A program made the translations under genes and the position numbers. The notes beneath the pieces are model-generated. The model made no database searches, was not told the origin of the DNA, and saw only the letters and a list, made by a program, of their open reading frames with translations. DNA of 64,000 bases from Eledone cirrhosa. Lineage: Eukaryota. The stretch is taken from the NCBI GenBank assembly GCA_964016885.1, contig OZ024741.1, forward strand, positions 323,640,001 through 323,704,000, given 5' to 3'. Shown here piece after piece: positions 54,584 to 64,000 of the stretch. Numbering within the stretch: the first letter of the stretch is position 1; each line of letters begins with the position of its first letter.

Positions 54584-54889
54584 ATGTAAAATAAATGTCT
54601 TACTGAAGTACATTATGCGTCACCGAGAAACGATCTTTAGCCGAATGCCTTAAAAAATAAACCATGGGCTTTCTGTCAAACGTATCTATTTTAAGGATAA
54701 ATAATGCAATTTTTTTGAATTACTGTACGTTCATTTTTTGGGGAAAAGTTCAAACACACACACACACACACATACACATATATATATATATTTCCACTTA
54801 ACTTTTACTTCAGTATACATATATATACGTAAGTAAAAGTTAAGTGGAAATATCCAAGAGTAAGAGCACTCAATCCATAGGATGAGCTT

Positions 54890-55068
54890 AGTATAAATTC
54901 CTTTATAACGAAATTCACGGGGTATAAAAAAAAAATCGTTGTAACGAAAACTTCTTTATAACTAGAACGACCTAACACGTCGAGCGTGTGACCGGGGATT
55001 GAAAAAAAATGTTGTTATACTGAAAAATTCTTTATAATAGTATTCGTTATAACGGAATTTTACCTGTA
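54890..55068. mobile_element. Tigger/pogo-like MITE remnant
   Basis: TIR-like AAATTCC(T/G)TTATAACGAA at both ends; right end ...TTTTACCTG-TA; internal ATAACGAA-like repeats. Confidence 0.6.
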
Positions 55069-55096
55069 TATATATATATATCAATAATATTAATAA

Positions 55097-55735
55097 ATGT
55101 ACATAATTTGAAAGAGTACTGGTTGACTGTTCCAGTAAAAAACCCAATAAAATGCAGGCATAACAGACCAGATATGATATGGGACAGGGAGAAGAAAGCA
55201 TGCACAGTAGTGGAAGCTAGATGCCCAGCAGATGCCAATATTATATCAAAGATTAGCGAAAAGGAGAATATTTATGCAGAACTGATGAGAAATCTGCAGA
55301 TACTCCACCCTGATTACACATTCAGATTTATGCCTGTGATTATTGGGGGCACTGGGGTATGTTAGTAACTGCCTCAATACAAATCTTGAGAAGCTAGGCT
55401 TCACAGTGACAGAAAAAACACAACTAGTTAGGAAATTACAAGTACAATCCATTAATAGAACAGTAAAAATATGTAAAACATTCCGAAAATGTTGCATCTA
55501 ATAACAGCATATACACATGTTGCATCTAATAAAAGCATGTACACATGCACACATACAACTCAAAACATACACATCAACACATACAATAACATCCACATCT
55601 ACACATGCATGCATGCAGACATACATAATCTACCTAGTTGATGTGTAAATTCCAATGAGAGAGTCTTGTGTCTATGTTAGAAACCGACTCTCTCTCTGTT
55701 GGGAAAACATTTGTGAAATTATAAAACCAGAAGAA
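55097..55735 (+). mobile_element. 5'-truncated R4 family B copy 3
   Basis: REL domain (RHNRPDMIWD) and 3' UTR ending ...CCAGAAGAA followed by CATA repeats. Confidence 0.92.
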
Positions 55736-55837
55736 CATACATACATACACACACACATAGATACATACATAGACACATACATACACACATACATATATAC
55801 AAACATACATACATTCATACATATATACATACATACA

Positions 55838-55871
<34 letters not shown>

Positions 55872-55907
55872 CTTATATATATATACATACATACATATAT
55901 ACTTATG

Positions 55908-55984
<77 letters not shown>

Positions 55985-56627
55985 ATATATATATATATAT
56001 GAGATATATTGACATTTCTTAGAAACCAGATCTGTGGTCGCAACGTTGTGTGCAAACTTCAACATATATAATTATATTGATATTCTTAAATTTATTAGCA
56101 GTCGTTCCGATATAACCGATGCCTATTTGATTAATATTAGATGTGACGGTGGTTGCGTAGAAAGCGATATTTCCAGGCAATCAATATTGACTGGAATTTT
56201 GTTAGGGGCGAGAACATTTTTATGTTCTCTTTATGTTTGGGTTTTGTATCTGTGTTTATGTTTACGCAATGTAAAATCTTATAGAAGCATTTTGCTAGAA
56301 TATAGACAGATAATATATGTATCATACTGAAATAAATATTTTGGTCGATATGATCGACTAAAACAGTTGAAGTTAGTGCCTCAGCATGAATGAAACCAGT
56401 AAAAGAGTTTACACACACACACAAACAGACACACACACATATATATATATATATATATTGATAATCTGTAGTACTGGGACTGGGAAGACCACTAACCAAA
56501 TAAGTACTCGATTCATGGTATGATGCAAAGCGGATATATTAGTGAATATAGAGGATCGACCGCGAGTTTTTCGGTTTCGGCTAACTATCTCTTCTAGAAG
56601 ATCCTCTATTTTTACTAGTATACACAT

Positions 56628-56691
<64 letters not shown>

Positions 56692-56693
<2 letters not shown>

Positions 56694-56822
56694 GAGGGGA
56701 AACTCGATTAAATCGACCCCAGTGCGTTACTGTTACTTTATTTTATCGACCCCGTAAGGATGAACGGCAACGCTAACCTCGGTGGGATTTGAACTCAGAA
56801 CGTAAAGGGCCTTGACTCTATA
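56692..56822 (-). mobile_element. Family-1 SINE fragment
   Basis: Matches 5440-5575. Confidence 0.85.
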
Positions 56823-57379
56823 CTTCACAATGTGTTTGTGCCCCTAAAAACAAAAGAAAGTAAAGATATTTACTTTGGTAAACAATCTTGTCGAGTGATG
56901 TATGGTTAACATCTTAAATGTTTTTGTTATTTATTAATGTACTAAACAAAAGACTTTTAAAAAAGCCTACCTCCCGCTCTCCCTTCTCCCAGACTTCCAT
57001 TCCTTTCTTATTCATCTCCTCGCCCTCCATTATTATCTATATATTTTTTGTTTCTTCTGTTCCTCCTTCATCCTCTTCTTCCCCTTCTTCTCCCTCATCT
57101 ACTTCATCTTCACTCTATAGTCTTCTACCCCACCCTGTTCTCTTCCTCCACCCGCCATCTATCATCTCTTTTCTTCCCCCATGAATACCCTCCACATCCA
57201 TCTCAAAGGATTTATAAATAACTATACCAACCAATTTTATCTGACTTTCCTGATGATTTTATAGGAATGAAACAATTCTATATAAGATATAGACACCTAT
57301 ACTCTACAAACGTACTGAGTATTTTTTAAAATACACATCGGGAATCCATCCCGTAATTATATATATATATATACAACAG

Positions 57380-57469
57380 GGTCCGACGAGCTTTTGTTTT
57401 GATTCCAGAGTCGGGCCAGATCGATACAGATCGAACCTTGAGCTGACCTATAACGAAACGTGCGTCACC
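57380..57469 (+). ncRNA. Degenerate type I hammerhead
   Basis: GGU-CCGACGA (U4 to C), long insert, GAAAC-GUGC-GUC-ACC; stem I GGU/ACC. Confidence 0.5.
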
Positions 57470-57533
57470 AATCAATAAACGTAATGAAGGCTTAACAAAT
57501 CGTCCTTGTATCATTATTATTATTATTATTATT

Positions 57534-60500
57534 GGCGACCTACGTAGTAAATCGTATCATCGTGAGCTCCGCAAAGATTTGTTATTTTCAGTTGTTCAAA
57601 ATTGCCATTCATGGAAAATTTTATTGTTAATTGTATATAAGTGCACATACATTGTTATCTGAAAAGGACACCCAAAAAGATTGGGGCCTTGAGCCCAAAA
57701 TTTAAATTTTTATAATTATCAAACAAAAAATTTTTCTTTGAAACATCATGGCTGACTCGGAGTCACTCCTTTCTCACAAACTAACACCTCACACCGATAC
57801 CACCATTGTAAATATTACTACGTTTGCCAACACTAAAAAAAATATAAGCAGTAGCAATATTTTAAATTTGTCTCAGGCAGATATTCATTTCCCGCCATTA
57901 CCAATGACTACAGGTGTTAAAGCCGCCACCACCACCACCACCGCCGCGGCGGCCCCCCACCACCACCGCGACAACAGAAACAAAAGAAAAACATAAATTA
58001 ACTCGTGATATCGAAATGAATTCAACCAAAATGAACTCTTCCACACCGAACACCACCACCACAACTGAAACTAAAATTAATAATATCAAAAATAACGATA
58101 ACAACAACAGCAACAATGACATTAAGAAAACCACCCTGAGTTTTGCCAGAGTAGCAAAACAGTGCGAAGCATTTCAGATAACTCAGGAGGAATTAGAAGA
58201 AGCCAAAAAAATGGTAAAGAAAGATGGGTACAGGGTCAGCCTCACCCCCCACCTAATAAAATGGAGCATCGGCGCCTATGCACCGTGTCTTATCGAACAA
58301 TTAATATAAATTCGCGCCGAGTGGAAAGAGCATCCGAGTCCCAAATCCAAAAAGCTTTGGGACATGTGTGGGCAAAAAAACCCCACATCAATCGTGGGCA
58401 GAAGTATGCAACCGTGGACGTGTTCTTTGAAACACCACAGGAGGCTAGAGAACACTCCATGGCCCCATTAAGAAGTGACGACTTCACACTCGTCCCAAAC
58501 TATTGTTGCCAGAGACTCGCAAAGATCAGGGTGACCCACGTTCCACCGGCCATCGAAATTCCCTGGCTAATAGCGGCCGTCCTCGCCGGCATCTAAGCCA
58601 ACACCAAGATAATCGAAATAGCGAAAGAAAAGCAGGAGAACTGGTCCGGATCTGGGATAGAGCTCCTGATCCAAGCGGACCAAAAAAGCATTGAGGAGAC
58701 CCCAGAGGTAATAGACATCACTGACGGCAGCCACCTCACCGTAATTGTCGAGGGCAGAAGGCCTAGGTGTGTCGTTTGTGGTGAAGGAACCCACCTAAGG
58801 GCCTTCTGCCCTCAGGCTAAAAGGTTGAGGCCAGCTCTCCTACCCAACCCAGTGACTCAACCATCAACACCACCAGCAGCAAAGATGGCAGCAACAACTG
58901 TAGCAGCAACAACAGAAGCAACTGTAACAGCAACAACCCCAGCAACGGTAGCAAAACCAACACCACCACCACCCAACGCGCCAGAACTAGCACCAGCGCT
59001 TACACCATCCACCACGCCACAACCAAAACTAACGCCTGTGGAGGATTTTCCACTCCCCGACCTATCACAATTGAAGACAGATTGTGACGACGAGGAGTGG
59101 GAAACGGTATCAGGAAAAAAGAAACCAAAAAAGAAAAAAATTTCTCTTCCTTCCCCCTCCAAAAACAAAATACAGAGGGAAACAAATAAATTAACAAACA
59201 AAAAAGTTAGGACAGATATGCCACTATCCACACCAGCATCACCAACCCCATCACCCCAAACACCAACACCATCACCATCATTAACCCCAACACCACCATC
59301 ACCTACACCACAAAAGTCACCAAAATGCGAAACAGAAACAAACCCACAACAAACGCAAACAAAACAAAACAACCAAAACGATACACACTACACAGCATTA
59401 AATTTGAACAACAAGCAATTATTACACTACATCCAACACAACACCAGCATCACAGAAAAAGACTACACAACAACCCCAAAATTCACACCACCTCCACACA
59501 TACAAATCACTCGCATCACACAGAAAACGTACATGACACTAAAACAAAAATTCCCCAAAGACATCGGAGACTTCCGCCAAGCACTCTCCAGGAGGATTTA
59601 TAAGGACATCCTTCCTGAGGAGGCCACAAGCAGTTAAAAGGATGGAAAAACCGTCCTTCCTCTACGAGGAGTAAGGTAAGTGGTCTTTCCCATCTTTTCC
59701 ACTCCATTTCAATATGACCTCACTCAGAATAGGCAGCATAAATGCGCGTGGCTTGGGGTCGTCATGGAAGCAGGGCCACCTGCTCAACGACCTCAGGTCA
59801 CTAAACATAGATGTAGTGGCCATCAGCGAGACCAGAATCTCCGAAACATGGGCCTTCGCACCGATCTTCGGCGGCTACGATGTGTACGCATCTCCCATCT
59901 GTCCGGGATCGGGAGGTGGAGTTGCTGTGCTTTTTCAGAGAGGTTTGGATATTGCCATACGAGCCATCTTCCTGGACCCAGAAGGTAAGTTGGTGGTGCT
60001 GGACGTGACCAGCGGAGACGGGCAAGCTTTCAGGTTAGTGGCCGTCTATGCCCCGACAGGAGCAGGGCGGCCTGATTTCTTCCGGCGTCTGGAGACCTTT
60101 ATTGGAACGTCCCGCTCTTTAGTGTTAGTGGGCGACTGGAACGGGATCTTAGATGCACACTGGGACTGTGTGGGATTAGTGGATAGGGGAGGAGGGTGCA
60201 AGAGTCTCACCAACCTGCTCAGGCGTTTTGAACTGTCTGACAGGTACCGATTGGATTTCCCGAATGTACCAATGTAGACTTGGACAAACAACATAGGGTC
60301 ATCCAGATCATATCTAGATAGAGTATTTTGTAGGGAAATAGATAGGTCTAGCATAGGCTGTCCACAATTCAAGATAGTCAGCTACACGGACCACAAATTC
60401 GTGATCTGTGTGCTTGACTTAGATAGGCTTCATAGACGAGGACCCGGCTTCTGGAAGCTAAACGCGTACCTACCAGCGCGCAAGGCCTACAGAGACCGGA

Positions 60501-63259
60501 TTAGTTAGAAAATTAGACGAGGCGCTTTGCAAAGGCATCGCGACCGACGTACTTGCGGCGAAATTGGCCCTTGACCAATTCTTCAATGCAAAGCACGAAG
60601 GCTGCGTTGTCAGAGCTAGGGTGCGTGCTCTCAGACACGAGAGGACGAAAGCCGTTCAATGGGCCCGAGTGGCGGAGGCGCATCGTGGCAACAAAGCCAC
60701 GATCCGGTCTTTGGTGGACCACGACGGGCGCATACTACTCGATCCCGGGCAAATGTGTGAAGCTTTTCAGCGACACTTCGCTCAACTGTTCGGGGGCAGC
60801 GGCGTGCCGGATCGAGGGATGGACTTTAGTGTCTACCTCGACGGGCTGCCGCGGCTCTCGGCCACTGAGGCGGAGTGTTGCGAAAAGCCGATTCAGTGGC
60901 TGAAGTACGGGACGCAATGACTGGCTGCACAAGAGTAAATCGCCTGGTTTGGATGGTCTTCCCTATGAACTTTACGTACAAATGCCAGACTTGTTCCGAC
61001 GCCTCTTGGCGGACGTCTACTGCAACTGGCAACATAACGGGAGAATTCCCAGCTCTGTGAGCCGAGGAGCGGTGGCGCTGCTGAGAAAGGATCCGAACAA
61101 GGGGGATAACATAGATAATTTTAGGCTCATAACTCTGCTAAACACAGAGTTCAAGATTTTGGTCAAGGTGCTAGCAAAGAGGTTGGCGCTTGTCGTTGGT
61201 GGTCTGGTGGGAGAGGCGCAGACATGCGCCATTCCCGACAGATCCATCCACGACAACCTTCACCTCATGCGATACATCGTAGAGAGGGTAGCTAGGGAAC
61301 CTGGAACGGGTGGGTCTTTGATAAATTTAGATCAGTCGAAAGCTTTCGATAGGGTCGACCATCGTTACCTAGCGGCAGTCCTGAGGGCGGCTGGCTTTGG
61401 GCCCGTCTTCAGAAGCTGGATCGCTGCCATGCACAGCGACATCTGCTCTGTGATGAGAGTGAATGGTCACCTTTCGGAACCGTTCAACATCATGCGCTCG
61501 GTCCGCCAAGGATGTCCCCTCTCGTCCCTCTTGTACGTATTGACTCTCGAGCCATTACTGCACAAACTGGAGACGTTGAGGGGCGTCCCGCGCGAACTAG
61601 GATGCGGAGGATCCGTGTCAGCATATGCGGACGATGTCACCGTAGTGGTGTCGAACGCCAAACACATCGAGGCGATCGGCACTACACTAAGAGAATACGA
61701 AGCAGTGACAGGAGCAATGATATACCAGGAGAAGTCAGTGGGCCTGCAGCTCGGCACCTGGAGAGGCAGGTCCATGCCGTCCAACAGCATCGTCAGGCGC
61801 TGGACGGACGGACCGGTTAAATTGCTAGGGGTCTGGTTCGGTCCAGACTTCCAGACGCACAAAAACTGGGACGAGGTGACGAGCAGGGTGGCTTCTCTCA
61901 CCCAGAAACGGGCGGAGAGGAAGCTATCCCTGAATGGTCGAGCGGAGGTGGCTAAACGCCTACATCGCGTCCGTCATCTACTACCGCTTGACCGTCGTAC
62001 CTTCTCCTAAGCCCCGCCTGACTGCGCTGGAGCGTTTGCTCTTTCGCTTTTTGTGGAAGGGACGCGTTCCGATGGTCAGGCGGTCCATCTGCTGTCAACA
62101 CCCGCTACGTGGAGGGCTGGGCATGCCGTGGCTGATGATGCGCAGACACGCGCTCAGGCTACGACATCTCCACCTCTTCCTCGACGGTGATCAGGTGTGG
62201 TCGCCGTTTGCTAGACACGTCTTTCCCCAGCTCGTCCCCTTGACGGAGCTGCAGTCCTGGGTCAAGCGAAGACCGAGAGGGAGCGCTTGGTGACTGGAAT
62301 GTCTTCAGGCGCTCACAGCCCTCGACCAATCGGGCAATGTGATCGGTGGAAACTGCACCTTGGCGTTCTATAGAGGATTAGTGGAGGGGAAGAGCGACGA
62401 CGCACTTGGAGAAACTCTAGGCGTCGACGAAAATCAACTAGCCAATCTCTTCGGACGGACTTTCGGGCCGGGGCCTATGGACAACTTCCAGAAATCCCTG
62501 GCCTGGCAGTGCTACCGGGGAGCTTTGCCAGTTCGGGATAAACTCTACAGGCTTGGAGGTGCCGTCAGCCGGGCATGTCCGAGATGCGCGCAGGGCGACG
62601 AAACCGTCCTGCACGCACTCGTCCAGTGTCCTAGCATTGCTGACTTGTGGGTTTATGTCGAACACCTGCTGTCACGTGTAGGACGGATCCGGCTATCAGC
62701 TGAGTCCATCGTGAGGATTGCCCCGCCCTCTTCCTTTAGCCGGGAAGGGCAGGCAGTTTTTATCTGTCTGGTGGCCATGGCGAAGGAGATAGTATGGTGG
62801 ACACGTTTGAAAGGGCTGAAGACGAGCACTTACCTCTTCGGTGATGCCCTGATTAACTTTTTCAAATTATATTTGAAAAGGAAAATCAGGGTAGAGATGG
62901 AAGTGCTCTCTTCCCAGCATTTTGTTGAAAGATGGGTGAGAGAAGCAAGTATGGCCGGAGTGAATGGGTCTTCTTTGAGTATGTGTCTGTAAATTAAAGG
63001 TGGAAAACTGGGAGAGGGCTCTTGCCCTGGTGGTCAGGGTCACTGTGGTCTTTTAATGGGCTTTCTCCACAAATGTCCCTCGGAAATCCCCCCCCCCCCC
63101 TATTGGGGAATCTTTCTTTGTTATTTTATTACATCCTCTGTTTTTTTTACACGCAGAAATGCCCATTTGTACCGTCCTGTATTGTCCTGTACTGTTCTTA
63201 ATGTCTACTTTATGTAAACCCTTGTGGTTAATAAAGAAAACATTATTAATAAAGAAAGC
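57534..63259 (+). mobile_element. Near-full-length Tx1-type L1 retrotransposon, copy 2 (ORF1 57748-59637; ORF2 59714-62992; disrupted)
   Basis: Same motifs as copy 1; same 5' end GGCGACCTACGTAG; (ATT)7 upstream and (ATT)5 downstream; 140-bp ORF2 deletion. Confidence 0.95.
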
Positions 63260-63271
63260 ATTATTATTATT

Positions 63272-63319
<48 letters not shown>

Positions 63320-64000
63320 AAAGGTAAACAAATAACATGTATCTGCTTCATAGTTCTGTCTGTTCGATTAGATTAAGGTTACGAATAACTCTTCTGTTAC
63401 TTCTGGAAAGTTTTTTTTTCCAAGGTGCAAGCCTTGATAGGGTATTTTGTGGAAGACCCACTGTCAGCTATGCAGACTTGTTTGACTTATACACCACGCC
63501 GACACAGCACGGCATCAGCGATGACATAACTCCTTTTCCCAGCTGAGTGAGCTGGAACAACTTCTCATTCTCAAAGGCAAAACGCGCCACAGTGCTATGA
63601 ATCCCGCTCGCGACTCTATCATCGTAAGCCTAGCACCGTAACCAGTAAACCACGCGCTTTCATTACGACTATATAAAAACGACACACTCTCTCTCATAAC
63701 AAAGAATCTGCTATTACTTTAAAATTACATTTCCTACCATACTGTCATTAGGAGAATTCCAAGTAGGCGGAGAAATTTAATGGTTTCAGGCTTCACTGGA
63801 ACAATCGAATATCACTCAACTTTAATAAACAAAAATTAAAAATAATATAGTCATCAATTTAGATGTATGAAGTCATTCTTTACTTTCACAGAGTTCTTGT
63901 ATCTCTTGCCAATTTTGTAATATTGTAATTGTGACGTACGCGGCTCCCACTCTTTTTCCTCTGTGGAGTTGTTCACTAATTTTACCGCGACCATTATCCT

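Overview
Repeat-saturated eukaryotic DNA. The SINE families and extreme microsatellite density suggest an octopus/cephalopod genome (inference). Most ORF-track entries are microsatellite artefacts. Real content: (i) R4/Dong-type non-LTR retrotransposons with a restriction-like endonuclease. Two divergent families (A at 23.1-27.3 kb; B at 28.1-32.0, 49.6-53.9 and 55.1-55.7 kb) abut (CATA)n/(TATG)n. (ii) Two near-full-length Tx1-type L1 elements (37.4-43.4 kb, minus; 57.5-63.3 kb, plus), both embedded in (ATT)n. (iii) A Penelope-like element plus many short fold-back modules in (TA)n. These carry hammerhead ribozyme motifs, including two unrelated type I hammerheads with the compensatory U3-A8 core (UUGAUAA) and long stems. 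(iv) RTE-type fragments, two with twin-priming-like 5' inversions, and a bipartite non-autonomous RTE derivative with a (TGTA)n tail. (v) A decayed Ingi-like LINE with an HDV-like ribozyme remnant. (vi) tRNA-derived SINEs, small Tc1/mariner-type MITEs, and two phase-compatible candidate exons of an unidentified minus-strand host gene. The main signals are the partitioning of microsatellite classes among retroelement clades and the variant hammerheads. All structures were read by eye; no searches or folding were run.
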